Assembly: GCA_028534125.1 (NCBI GenBank)
Contig: CM052816.1
Location: forward strand, 47,184,001 to 47,248,000
Length of the DNA stretch: 64,000 nt
DNA from: Lama glama
Taxonomy: Eukaryota
Reading direction: 5' to 3'
In this document: piece by piece, positions 1 through 12,482 of the stretch
Position numbering within the stretch: the stretch's first letter is position 1
Layout of the letters: the number at the start of each line of letters is the position of its first letter
Translations under genes and position numbers: made by a program
The notes under the pieces: generated by a model
Told to the model about the DNA's origin: nothing
The model's database searches: none
What the model saw: the letters and a program-made list of their open reading frames with translations, nothing else

Positions 1-29
1 GTCACTATTTATACTAGTCTTTTGAGTAA

Positions 30-250
30 TATTATTATGTTGCTATTTATTGAGTCATTACTATGAGCCTGGTTCAGTCTCATTACTCAGAACAATCCTA
101 TGAGAAAGATGCAGTTATCTCCATTTTACAGATGGGGAAAGAGAGACCCAGGGAAATGTAACTGAAAAGTGTAACTGAAAAGTGCTGAAACAGAGAATTA
201 AACCCAAGCTTGCCTGATGCCACAGACATACATAGTTCTTCCTACTATGT
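30..250. mobile_element. MIR SINE fragment
   Basis: MIR core motifs (acaatcctatgaga, ccattttacagatggggaaa, aaacccaag); contains a 13-bp tandem duplication at 157-182. Confidence 0.7.
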
Positions 251-1084
251 CAACCTGCTTCTCAAGTTTCCTTTGAAGAGAATGAAGCAAAATAATATGT
301 AAGGAATCTGTTTTCTCTGTCAACTCTAACCTTACACCAGAAACTGTAAATGGGCTTTTCCCTTCCTTGATCATCTTCTGGCTCTGAACAGAATTTTTAA
401 AAGCTCGTTCTTTGTCCTCTCTTAGCATTTTTTGCAAGTCACACCTCATTTGGGAGCTTCAGGTTTCTAGACACTATGCTTTAGGGCCCATGTTACCTTC
501 TTATAATTATCCTTGGTATGTGGTTGTTTTCTCCCAAGGTTTCTGTCACTTCCAATTAGCCAAGCAATTCCTCCTTGTTGGTCAGAATTAGGTTCCCCAG
601 TTGCTCTGCTGGGACATCAAATCATGAGAAAGGCAAATCAAAAACTTGTCAGATGTTTTGCTTTTAGCCCAATGAAACTTTTAAAAGGTATCCAGATATT
701 TGAATTTTCTTTTTTGATTGTTGCATTGCTACAGGTATTGACCAATAGTATACTGCAGGGCACTGTGGTATCAATAATGAATTCTTTTACGAATAATTGC
801 ATGTGACAGTACATGTTTGGAGCCAGTTTTAAACCTCTCAAATAAAACACTCTAAAGCAGTTCCAGGCTTCCCCTTGTCTATGTGTACACCTAGTCATTC
901 TAAAACATCCTGTTTCTCATCTCCCCCTCAAGTTCATCACATAGAGAAATATTTTTTATCTCTAACAAACGAATTCACTTGTGTATCTCATTTTGAGTGT
1001 AACCTCACACCAGAAAGTGGGAGATAAGGTGTGGAGTATGACCTCCCTGAAGTAAAACATGTCAGGAAGTCTATGAAGTAAGGT

Positions 1085-1535
1085 CATAAAACAGAGGGCT
1101 ATGAATTTTGATGAGAAAAAAAAAAACTGTACCTTAATTTTTGCTAACCTCTAAGTGAAATTTGGCATTTCTTTCAATTGTGAAAATAGGCAATAAACCA
1201 GTATTACTAGAAGTACCAGTGACTCTCACCAATAAAAATCAGGTATTTTCCCGTCAAATTACCATAGTTGTAGAAATCTCAAGAGACAGTTACTGTTCAC
1301 TATTTAAAAGTTATAGATATTATTAGGCCCTCTACTAGATTTTGGTTTTCAATGCATTCATAAAGAAGCACATGTAAAGCACACGTCTGTTGAATAGCCT
1401 GATTACTGTATTTTAGTATAGTTGGTTTCATTCATGTTCCTGTGCATATTTTATGCATTAAAAACATGATTCTAAAAAGGGTTTTATAGGCTTCACCAGA
1501 CTGCCAAAGGGATCCACAGCACACAAAAAAAGATT
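1085..1535. mobile_element. hAT-Charlie DNA transposon remnant (Charlie4-like)
   Basis: Terminal motif ataggcttcaccagactgccaaagggatccacagcacacaaaaaag resembles a recalled Charlie-family end. Confidence 0.55.
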
Positions 1536-1549
1536 ATCTATTATGGATT

Positions 1550-1765
1550 CTGCATTGTGGTTAAGAGCATGTAGTCTTCTGTCACATTGCTTGGATTCAG
1601 ATTCTGCTCTGTCACGGTATGACTTTGGCTAAGATATACATATGTTTGTGCCTCAGATTCTTCATGTGTAAAACAGAGAGAATAATACCTACCTAAAAAT
1701 CTTGCTATTATGATGAAGTAATACCCATAAGGGCTTACCACAATGCCAGGCATGTATTGAGAGTA
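1550..1765. mobile_element. MIR SINE
   Basis: gtggttaagagcat...tgactttggctaag...gtgcctcagattcttcatgtgtaaaac...acaatgccaggcat. Confidence 0.75.
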
Positions 1766-2049
1766 AATTATTTATCTCCACATCCATCCAGAAGATAAGG
1801 GTTTAATTCAAATCCTATTTACATTCTCTAAATACAAATTTTTATTTATTACCATGTTGTACTGGCTAAAATTAAAAATTATATTTAAAAATACTGGCTG
1901 GTTTCAAACGGGTATTTGTAAAATATATGTGTGATATAAGGGAAAATGATACAATAGAGATCCATATGCCCTCCATCCCGATTAAAGGAGAAAATGTTAC
2001 TTTAAAAAAGATGAACATATAATTTATTATCCAAACTAGGACACTTTGA

Positions 2050-4063
2050 GTGAAAGTCATCTTGGAAGTGGATCCTCTAGCACTAGTTAAACCATTAAGT
2101 GATCATTGCCCTATCTGACAGCTTGACTGCTACTTCACAATAGACTCTAAACGAGACCCACTTAGCGAACCTATTCCTGGATTTCTGACCCTCAGCCACT
2201 GCATGAGAGAGAACTGTTTGCTGCTTTAAATACTATGTTTGGAGGTAGTTTGTTATAAGGCAATACAAAACTAATAAAGATTTTAATACCTGGAAGTGGG
2301 GTGCTGCCATAATAAAGACCTCAAATGTAAGTGTGGCTTTGAAGTGCAGTGGGCAGAAGGTGGAAGGACTTGCAGGAGAGTGTTAGTGAAAGCTTGAAGA
2401 TCCTAGAAGAAATTGTTCATACGTGTATGGTAACTTTGAGGAGGCTGCAGATGAGGTCTTAATAGATTAAAAATGTCTTACTGGAAATAGGAGTAAAGCG
2501 GTAGTAAGTTTAGCAAATTTGTCACCTGTAGTCATGTGCAAAGTAGAAAATACGCCTAATGAACTGGCTGACCTAGTCAAGGCAGTTTCCAGCAAGAATA
2601 TTACAGATGTTACCTGATTTCTTCTTCTTGTTTATAGTAAAATGTGAGAGGAGAGAGATAAGTTAAAGGAAGAACTGTTAAAGAAAAAGGAGCCAGAACT
2701 TTTGGGATTTGAAGATCCCCAACCTCTCTAGGTGACAGATGATGCTAAAATTAGGAAATGGCTCAGGAAAAGAACAAATCCAGGGCACAAACAGGAAAAT
2801 ATGAAGTTGAGTTTGTAGTTGTAAAACCCTTTAAGACCTCAGAAAGATCTAGCATGGTGCCTTACAGTATTTTCATTCAGACATGCAGGGTGTGCCTGAC
2901 AATACCTCTCAAATTACAGGGCTTCTAGGAATTTTAAGGGTGTGGTGCACCAAAAGCCCAAAGCAGAGGAAGGTTTATATGGAAGAGATTTACGTTGCTT
3001 TATTTAATGGTATGAAAGCAAATAAAATTCACAGGAGAACCACAAGTTTATAAAAGAATTATATTAGCAGGATATAATTTTTTAAAAGAAAATCTTTAAT
3101 TTTTATATTAGTGGGCTGTTTGCCAGGCTGGACTGAAGGGGACAGAGAACCCAATGAGAAGAGGCTTTTGGACATCCAAACTTTTCCAGGCAGGGACAAG
3201 TACACAGCTGTAAATATGGAAAAAGAAGGATGACACAGTGAGAGGATCCAAGACACCAGGAAGTAGAGTTACGAGCCATGGAGATTTACTCTCAGGACTT
3301 CAGTCTTAATCAAGAAACTGCCAACCTATTCTCAGGAGGATTTCAGAATTCCTGTGAACCACGTATCTCATTTCCACCCTTTTAAACACATCTATTGTGG
3401 TTATCCCATTTTATATTAAGTGCGTGGAGGCTGATACTGTGTGTCTTTAGTATACAGGTCTTCCAATCAAGAGGAACTCCATTTAAAGAGCTGTGCTTAA
3501 GGAAGTACACCTGAAAAGCCTCATCCACACCTACAACTGACTTGGCTTTCTAGACTCTGAGTTAATGCTTTAATGGGATGAAAGTTTAGGGGAGTTTCGG
3601 TGGACGATGAGTGTGTTTGGCATACTGGAATGATGTGACTCTTTGGAGGTCAAATTGTGTTAGCCAGCTTCCTGGTATTCATGCTTTTGCATAATTCCCT
3701 CCCACACCATATCAAGGATCATCTGTGGGACCAATAGAATACAGAAGTAATAGTACATCACTTTGAGTGATTTTGGCTTGTCTCTCTTTGGGGAAGGCCA
3801 GGAACTATGTTGTGAGGACACTTAGGCAGCCTTGTGAATGAGCCATCATGGAAGTGAATCCTCTATGACCAGTCAAATCTTCAGTCCAGCCAACAGCTTG
3901 ACTGAAAACTCATGAGACCCTGGGCCATGAGACCCTGGGCCATGAGTCCCAGCTAAACCACTGCTGGATTCCTGACCCTCAAAAAATGTAAAAGATAAAT
4001 ATTTTTAGTTTTCAGCTGTTAAGTCTTGGGGTAATTTGTTATACAGCAGTAGACAACTAATAC
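2050..4063 (+). mobile_element. MaLR (MLT1-type) provirus: partial 5' LTR ~2050-2278, internal region ~2279-3655, 3' LTR ~3656-4063
   Basis: Two homologous LTR 3' ends (catcttggaagtggatcctc...tttgttataaggcaatacaaaactaata vs catcatggaagtgaatcctc...tttgttatacagcagtagacaactaataca) flank MLT-int-like sequence starting gattttaatacctggaagtggggtgctgc. Confidence 0.8.
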
Positions 4064-4069
4064 AAATTC

Positions 4070-5230
4070 ACACATTGCTTCATGTCTTTTACATGTCTCC
4101 TTTAATCTACATTTTTTTATCCTCGCTTTCCTGAAACATATTTGTTGAAGTTAATTTGTCCCATGATTTCCAGAGATTAGGTTTTTCTGATTGCATAGCC
4201 ACTGTGTTTAACACATTCTCTACATTTCTTAGTATCAGGTTCAAATTTTTGACAAAAGTTTTTAATAGGTGACATGTATTTTTTCCTTTAAGAGGCATGT
4301 AACGTTTCCTTATTTGTCATATTAGCAGCTGTTGATGTGCAATAAGTCAATTATTCATTAATAATCTCAAAATGATAATTTTCTAATTTTATCATTCCTC
4401 CCTCATTTATTAATGTATGTATATAGAAAAACTTCCCCTCATTTATTATTTGGTTACTTGTGGTACAATTCATGTAAGAAAGGCAGGATCAATACTCAAT
4501 TAATTATCTTTTTAAAAAACTGGTTTTCAAAATAATGAATGATTGCATAACATCCTCCAATGCTGACCAATTAGATGCTTTTTGTAAGTTTTATTATCAT
4601 TATGAACTCATGAATTAAGGGACATTTGATAATTTCACATGTTCCATCCATTGCATTTGATATGTTCCATCCTGTGCTCAAAGGATTTCAATGAACCTGT
4701 GTGTCTTTATTAATACTCAAATCGTCCCATCTTTGGCCAGAGGGATACTTTTCAGTTGTGTCTTGAGTCAATTTGACATGATCCTAGTATTCTAATGGTA
4801 GCTTCCTTGCTAAACTGCACAACCAAACGTTCCAGGCTCATCTTGTACATTTCTTGCACCTAGCTGAAATTAACTACTGCTCCAAGGGCTTATGGTATCT
4901 TTGGAATAGAGTTGTTTTTTAAAAAATGTATTTTAATGTAGTCTTCTTCTTTATAGGCTTTTCATTTCCCTACCATTAGAGCATAAAGATATCTTGCTAT
5001 CTTTTCTTCCAAATGTTTAGTAGATTTTCCTTTCACATTTAAATCTTTAATTCACCTGGAACTGATTTTTCTGTATGGTGTTAAGTAAGGAGGTCCAATT
5101 TCATTTTCTTCCGTATGGATATCCAGTACCATTTATTGAAATGCTCTTGCTTTTCCCTTTGGCCTGAAATGCTGCCTCTGTCTTAAATCAATATTCCTTA
5201 TAAGAGTGCATCTATTTCTATACCTGTATT
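4070..5230 (-). mobile_element. Ancient L1 (L1MC/L1ME-like) fragments
   Basis: T-rich antisense L1 motifs such as aaatctttaattcacctggaactgatttttctgtatggtg and atcgtcccatctttggccag. Confidence 0.6.
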
Positions 5231-5236
5231 TCAGTA

Positions 5237-5674
5237 CAGACATACTTTGTTTTATTGCACTTAACTTCATTGTGCTTCACAGATACTGTGTTTTTTAAAA
5301 ATTGAAGGTCTGTGGCAACACTGCATTGAATGAGTCTCTCTGCACCATTTTTCCAAGAGCATTTGCTCCCTTCATGTCTCTGTGTCAAACCTGGTAATTC
5401 TCAAAATATCTCAAACCCTCCACCAGCAAAAAGATTATAACTCACTAAAGGCTCAGATGAAGCATATTTTAGCAATAGAGTATTTTTAAATTAAGGTATA
5501 TACTTTTTAAAAAAGGATATGATGCTATTTCATACATAACAGAATATAGTTCAATGTAAAAATAACTTTTATATACACTGAGAAACAAAAAATTCATGTG
5601 ACTCATTCCATTGTGATATTTGCTTTACTGCAGTGGTCTGGAACCAAACCTGCAGTATCTCCAAGGTATGCCTG
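5237..5674. mobile_element. Tigger1-derived internally deleted DNA transposon (Tigger1a-like)
   Basis: TA + CAGACATACTT start and AAGGTATGCCTG end (Tigger1 TIRs); recognisable internal Tigger1 end sequences. Confidence 0.85.
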
Positions 5675-5689
5675 TTGTCCTTCTTCTGA

Positions 5690-7530
5690 CAATTAGAAAA
5701 GGCGGATAAAATAGAAAACAAACATCTGAAAGCATCAGAGAGCTGATGAGGCAGTGGAAAATCCAGATGGAAAAAAAGCCAGAATTGTTGAACCCAGTAT
5801 GTATGATAGCTTTTTTCTGGGGTATCAGTTGATTCTTGAGAAGATGACTGAAAGCTGAACAAAGCATATGACTAACTCCATGAGTTAAAATGACAAAAAC
5901 TGGAGTTCAGGGCCTTCCTTGGTTGACTCTACAGACTTTAAGTTGAGACCTCAAAGGTCTATACCCTAGGAAAAAGTTCCAACTAGAAGCAGACCTCCTC
6001 AGATTCCAATCATCTCAATCACCGACTAGATTAAGGTGATTTTGGATTAGTAGAGCCCAAAACCCCTGCCAGGAGACATAAATCCTTTCTGCAGAAAATA
6101 TCATCATTTTAGACCTCTAATTATAATTTCATATACCAGTTCTGGCATTCATCAAAAATAACATAAATTAACAAATTTTTATAAATAAAAATGATATAAG
6201 TAATATAAAATAAAAAAAAGCCCATAAAAGTAAGTAAGACAATATGATAAAAAATAAACACAACAAAGAAACAAAGAAGCATCAGGCAACAGCAGACCCA
6301 CAGTTACTATACACAAGTTTTTAAATTATTATGCTTAATATGTTTGAGGAAATAAAAGATCAGATGGAGATAGATAACTGGATAGCTAACTGGAAACTAT
6401 AAAACAGAACCCAACAGAAATGCCTGAACTGATAACAACCAAAAAGATAATAACTGAAATAAATGCTTTAACAGATAAGTTTAACAGGAAATTAGAAACT
6501 ATTAAAAATAAAAGAATTAATTGAAAGGTAAGAAGTATTCAGAATGAACCACAGAGACAAATAAATGGAAATAAGGGATAAAGTGCAATGATCTACTATA
6601 CATTTAAGTGGAATACCAGGAGAGCAGAGGGGAGAGAGCAGAGCAGAAACAGTAACTGATAAGAGCTGAGAAAAAACAGAATGAGACATCAGGTCCTGGA
6701 TTCAAGATGCATTACAAACCTCAAAATTGAAAACAAACAAATTAAAAAAAAAAAAAGAAAAAAGAAAAAAATGTATTCACATCATAATAAAACTGCTTCG
6801 ATTTTTGGACAAACATCTTAAAAACAGCCAAAGGAAAAAACAGATTCCTTTAAAGGGGCAAAAATAAAACCGACATTATTTTTCAAAAAGAGAATTGGAA
6901 GCCAAAAGCAGTGGAATGTATCTTCAAAATGATAAAATAGCTACTAACATTTTGCTACAGCAAAAAAATTCTTTGAAAGTGAAGGTAAAGTAAATAGTTT
7001 CAGGATACAAAAACTGAATTTGTTACAACAGACATCTACAAAAGGAAATACTAAAGCATGTTCTTCAGGAGGAAGAAATAAGATCCCAGATAAAAGCTTA
7101 GAAACTCCAAGAGTCATGAAGTATAACAGACATAGTAAATGTCTGAATAAATATAAATGCACATTAATTACATAAAAAGAATAATGTCTTCAGGAATTTA
7201 GGAAATATATATTGAGGAAACACAATGTATATAACATGGAGCAGGGTAGTAAACAAAGTTGATGTATTCTCAGGTCCTTACATTGTCCAGGAAGAAGTAC
7301 AATATAAATTACTAAAATAATATATAACTGTCAGGCTTATGGGTTGGAAGAAATGAAATAATTAAAAATAATCTCAAAGAAGGCAAAAAAGGAGAAACTC
7401 AACACAGGAGAGATGGGACAGATGAATAGCAAGTAACACGGTAGATTTAAGTCCAGGTAAATTAGTGTATTACACGTAACTCAACTAAACAATCCAATTA
7501 CAAAAATATTATCAAAGCAAATTTTAAAAA
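5690..7530 (+). mobile_element. Ancient L1M 5'UTR/ORF1 region
   Basis: A-rich strand with decayed ORF1 motifs (ggaagccaaaagcagtggaatgtatcttcaaaatg, aaaactgaatttgttacaacagac). Confidence 0.6.
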
Positions 7531-7584
7531 TACATTCTTGCATATAACTCTTCAGGTTAAAATGCTTTTCCCACTATAGCTATA

Positions 7585-8037
7585 ATAAAATCTAAACCCT
7601 TCCCTGGCTTTCAACGCAACCATAACTCAGCCCTTTCCTACCCCCAAACTTACTCGTCTTGTAGTTACTATGCTTCAACCAGGCAGGCCTTCTTTTAGTT
7701 CCTGGAATTTCCCAAGGTAGTTCATGCCTCAGGGTTTTACGTTATTGTCCCCTCTGCAAGCAATGGTTTCCCCAATTTTTGCAAAACTGGATTCTCCTGT
7801 CAAATAGGAGTTTAAATAGCACTCTTTTAGAAGATTTCCTTAGTCACCTAATCTAAAATACTCATCTATTTTAACTCCCTGCCTAGCACTATTTTATATT
7901 TTTCTTGCTTATTATGGTCTATTATCACTAAAATGTAGCAGGGAACCATGTCTGCTCTATTTACCCCACTTTCCCTAAGTCCAAAACAGTGACTAGGATA
8001 TGGTAGATACTCAATAAGTAGTTTATGAATGAATAAA
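7585..8037 (+). mobile_element. L2 LINE 3' end
   Basis: Ends in acagtgactaggatatggtagatactcaataagtagtttatgaatgaataaa, a typical L2 tail. Confidence 0.75.
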
Positions 8038-10749
8038 GCTAATTTAGGTTCTAAACAGGTCCTTTCTTATGGTTTTGTTTATTGGCTTGGTGGTAGTTGT
8101 TTAGACTTTCCTGACACCACATTGTATCAAATGATATCAAGATCCTATTTATGTACATTAGTAATACAGTATGTTAGTGCATTGTATAATGTGTGTAAAA
8201 TTTGCAGTTGTCCAACCAGTTAGTCAGATATGTAAGTGCCGTCCTCACTACAACTACAATAACAAGTAAATAAAAGTTCAGAGGAAGGCTATCCAACTAT
8301 CAAAGGGTTGCAATACACTTCTGAAGAACATGTTCATGTTTTCCCCAAATTAGAAAGATGAGAGTAATAAAGGTGGATGTTACAAAGCACAATTTTTTTT
8401 TTGGAAAAAAAATCCTTTTATATATTGTTAAGTAAAAAAATTAATCAAAAAATATTACCCCCTTATAGAAAAGTTGTTTTAGAGGGGTAATTCCAGTAAT
8501 GATGATTGATGCATTTTGGTTACTTCATTTTTTACTCTTTGTTCTATACTTAGGACTTTTTTCACGTCAAAGCAACCATATAATTATGTCTTTCATCAGA
8601 AAGACTAGTCTAATGGCTTTTTAAAATAGCAAGATAATATTCCACTAAGTATACATGATAGAAATTTGACCAATCTCTTAAGTGCTAAAGATTGTTCCCA
8701 ATTTTTTACTATTATAAGTATTCCTAAAACTAACATATTTGTCCATAAATTATTTTAAGGGCAGTTTAACTGGAGTGATTTTATCTACAACATTCATTTA
8801 AATGGTATTTCTCAAGGGGATGAGGGTGGGCAATACACACAAAAAAAGATTCCAGCTCTCTGGGCATTTATGTCTAATTAGGAAAACAATATACATTATG
8901 GGGTGGGGTGGGGTGGATTACAAAGGCACCACGTAAGAAAGTGTAATTATATAGTGGAAATTTCTTAGAGAAGCCAATCTGGAAAACATTTTGCAAAGAA
9001 CATGGAGCTAGACTTTGAAAAAGTGATAGTTCTTACTGGTCGAAAATGTTCCAAGTAGGTGCAGGTGTAGGAGGAGATAACTATTGGTATTCTTAAGTAG
9101 TTGAGAACAGTTCTCACTCAGGACAATTTATCGCAAAGCTCAAATAGTAAGCAACCAAGATTTTTATCAAAGAGTGGATTCCTAATTCCTTTCTCAAAAA
9201 CTACTGAATTTTTTCTTAATCTCCATCATCCACATCACTTTTCCCCTTTCATAATTTCCCCCTTTCTTTGTACCTCTGTCAAAGACTCTCATCTATTTAA
9301 GTAATGAAAATAGGTAAATCCCTCTACTTCAAGGCATGTAACCTTACATAACATTATAATTACTCTGTGGGATAAAAAAAGACTAGGAGATGCTGCCTTA
9401 AAACATACAGTATGCATTTTAATATTTAAAAATATTACTGTAATAGAAATAAAAACATTAAAGGATATTAACCAAGGGTTATTTATCAACTTGCCATACA
9501 TCAGATAAGGAACATAGAACCCCATGATCTATTAAAAATTAGCAGATAACGAATACTGACTGTGATTTCCTTTTGTGGTTTTACTCTGGCAGGAATGGAT
9601 TCCACCCTAATAATTTCAGTCTTACTGTCACATAGGAGGAGATGCTTTCTGAACCTCAATAAGACTGTCAGGTTTAGGACAGATGTAAGAACCCCTATGT
9701 AGGAAATGAAAGAGTAAGAATTCATAGTACGTGTTGTCACTGACAGACTGATAGCCACTTTCCTTCTCCACCTTTTATTCCTCAAGGATAGCAGCTGCTT
9801 TCCAGATACACCAGCAAACGAGACTCCAGTCCTCTCTACCACACTTAACCATTTGCGGATGCCCTGAGGCTTGTCTGTTTACAACCTTGTCCCACACAGC
9901 AGAATTGGAACTCTCTGGATTCACGCTCAATAGGATCTGTTTCACATAGTATTTCCCAGCCCCACCCCACGTCCAGCTGTTTCCAATGTTAATACTTATT
10001 CTTGTCACTGATCATCACGCCATTCATCCCCCAATAAACAAAATTTAAAGTAAAAACAATTCATACTCCCAGTCTCTATCCCCCTTTCTAATATAAAGCA
10101 ACTGTGCATGCCCTGTGCATACTTCTTTTGGATGGCTCAAAATTCTGACTTTATAGCTTGGATATCATACTTTCAAGGTACTTTAGTAAGGGGGATTGAA
10201 ACTTAACATCTCTAACCACCTCTGTCAACTCAACTTTTCTAAATTCTTCTGAATCTTCCTAGTTTCCCTTCGCAATTCCAGCTTTGCGACAAAACTAGAC
10301 CCTATGGCAAAAAGAGATCCCACAGATGAAAGTGCAGATACAGCCAGGACTTAAGCAAGGATCCCCAAATTAGGAGATTAATTTTGGGGTTAAAAATACT
10401 CTGTATATACATTTCAAGCCTGCCACTAATACTATGTACAGCCAAATAAAAAGATAGAGGTGACAGGTACAGAAAACAACACAAAATTCTGAAGGTATAT
10501 GAGAGTTCTTTTTTGAAAAAAGAGCCAACAACAACATAAAATTAGGAGGTATACGGGAGTTGGACTTTTTCCCTTCTGATTTTAAACTAAAAGGAAACCG
10601 TCCATATTAGAATGTATTAAACAGGCAGAATTCTCTTCCCGGTTTCCCTGCGCTTGGTAGATGTCCTTCTGGCTTCAGCTGGTATCTGTGAATAGCGAAG
10701 AAACTTCTCACGATCAGATTCCACTGCCCTGAGGAAGGGTAGAGCTGGA

Positions 10750-11660
10750 GGACCCGCTAAAGCCGGGGACAGAGACGACAAAGGGACACGTCTGTGGAGA
10801 TCCGGAAAGTCTCCAAGAAGGGACAGTCAGAAACACGAGAAAGTAAAAAGAGAAAGAGCGTGACTGAGCCGAGGTAACTACTGTGTTGTCTCAGCCAGAG
10901 CGCGGTCTGCGGTTTTCTTCCGCACTAAATCCGCCGGATCTGGGGTTGGCTCCCACTCCATTCACCAACCTGCACCTCCATCACCTTCCAAAGCGAAGGT
11001 GCGCTCTCGCCCAAACCATCCAACCTACCTCCGGATCCTCGCAGGCGCGACAGCGGCGCGCCGCCCGCCCACCTACCTGTGCTGCGCCTGCGCCTCCCCG
11101 GCGCGCTCTCAAGGTCAGCACCGCCCCCAGCCTCTAACCTAGCACCCACGGAAGTGGCAATAGAGGACGTCCTGCGTAGCCTCACCTCTGCGTGGCGTGG
11201 GGTCGCCGTCGTTCAGGAGAGGGGAGGGACTTCCTGTCCCGCGCGAGCAGGACTTCCGGCAGAGCCGGAAGACCCGCTCCCTCTCTGTGTGGAGTGGATC
11301 CCGGCTGCAGGGTCGGGAGGGGAGGTCAGGGACGGTCCCGGCGACTTCAGGGCGTCTGGCCCACGACCTGTCCTTGACGCCATGGTGAGTCTATCTGTGA
11401 GGGCTGGAGTAACAGCAGTGGGGAGGAAGGGGCCGAGAGGTCAGTCCTGTGAAGGGAGCGGGTCGGGTGCTCAACTGAGGATGGAGCGGGAGGGAGCAGT
11501 AGGATGAGCGGTAGGGCAGGACCTACCACCTGTCCCAGAGCGCCGAGGCCCCTGAGGAAGCAGTTTCTGTCCTACCCAACCGCTAGATCTGTCCAGGAGT
11601 ACGGGGTAGATAGTCAGAATGTTCATGGCCCTTCACTGTGTACGGCCTGTGGGGCCATGT
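10750..11660. promoter_or_regulatory. TMEM161B: CpG-island promoter of TMEM161B (probably bidirectional)
   Basis: Only strongly GC/CpG-rich segment in the window. It contains NRF1-like TGCGCCTGCGC (11083-11093), TCAAGGTCA (11109-11117), GC box CCGCCC (11121-11126) and ETS/GABPA cores CGGAAGTG (11149), ACTTCCTG (11229), ACTTCCGG (11252) and CCGGAAG (11265), and it surrounds the start-codon exon. Confidence 0.92.
11382..11384 (+). CDS. TMEM161B: TMEM161B exon 1 coding part (ATG only)
   Basis: GCC-ATG is immediately followed by the consensus donor GTGAGT (11385-11390) inside the CpG island. It joins exon 2 in phase 0 to give M-G-V-I-G-I-Q, the TMEM161B N-terminus. Confidence 0.9.
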
Positions 11661-11863
11661 GGTCCCATAATTGACTTTGCCCGGTTGATCGTCTCATTTC
11701 ATTCCTCTGATGCAGAGCAGTGGCCAAGAACTTTAGATCTTAGAATGCCTTTAGCCTTTACAGGTGAACACAGCAGATCCTCTTCTTGTAGAGGATCAAC
11801 ACCTGTAACTTAAACAGCAAAGTCAGTTATCTTTCGAATTAAGGCATTTGGAATTGGAAAAGG

Positions 11864-12482
11864 TGTCAAATAAATCCTGCCCTAATAAGGAGGGTCTTTA
11901 TTCGAAAGGAATATTGCAATTGTAAGGGCAAGGGGGAGGGAGCTGTTGGAGTAGGGAGAATGTCCTGACCTTAAGGTCTGCAAGAATCTCGAAGGTTAGG
12001 CAAAAGGGTTTTTTCTTTTATAGGGAGGAGTAAACAAGGCTAAAAAGAACTGGGTGTGCGGAAGTGAGATCAAAGGGTCGTTTGATTGGACAATAGATCA
12101 GAGAATATTTTACCCTCAGGCCTGTGTGTTCTGGGGAAGAGCTGTTTAGGAGGAGCTGTGTCTTGTTTGAGGCTGCGGGTGGGCCAAAGTTCAGGAACCT
12201 GGGGGAAGAAATCTTAAGCAAAATTTGGGTAACATTTTGTTCCAATTGATCTATGAGAAGAATTCAACTAGTGATTTATGAAGCAAAGAATAGGAATTTG
12301 CAGATGCTATGTTTGGCCTTGTTATAGGTTAACAAGGAGGTGGGTCATTCCTGAGTCTTACCTAAGTCCTATGAGGACTGGTTGTTCTTTGCGGTAAGCT
12401 GTTTTCAGAACACAAGAAGGTGGCAGCTGAGGGGATTTCTCCTGCTTTTTCCAGTATCACAGGGATCCAGTAATGTTCAACA
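11864..12482 (-). mobile_element. Solo ERV LTR (MER90-like), antisense, at the start of intron 1
   Basis: TG...CA termini; on the minus strand, CCAAT (~12085), CTATAAAAG (~12015-12023) and AATAAA (~11897-11902) occur in LTR order. Confidence 0.6.

Noticed and set aside
157..184. 13-bp direct repeats (also 15-bp at 3911) as a CRISPR-like array
   Set aside because: Simple tandem duplications without spacers inside mammalian TEs.
8900..8916. (GGGGT)3GG possible G-quadruplex
   Set aside because: Only three full G-tracts and no functional context.
10883..11529. Six overlapping ORFs (60-142 aa) across the CpG island
   Set aside because: Stop-poor GC-rich DNA, mostly non-ATG starts, low-complexity R/G/P/A content and no recognisable homology.
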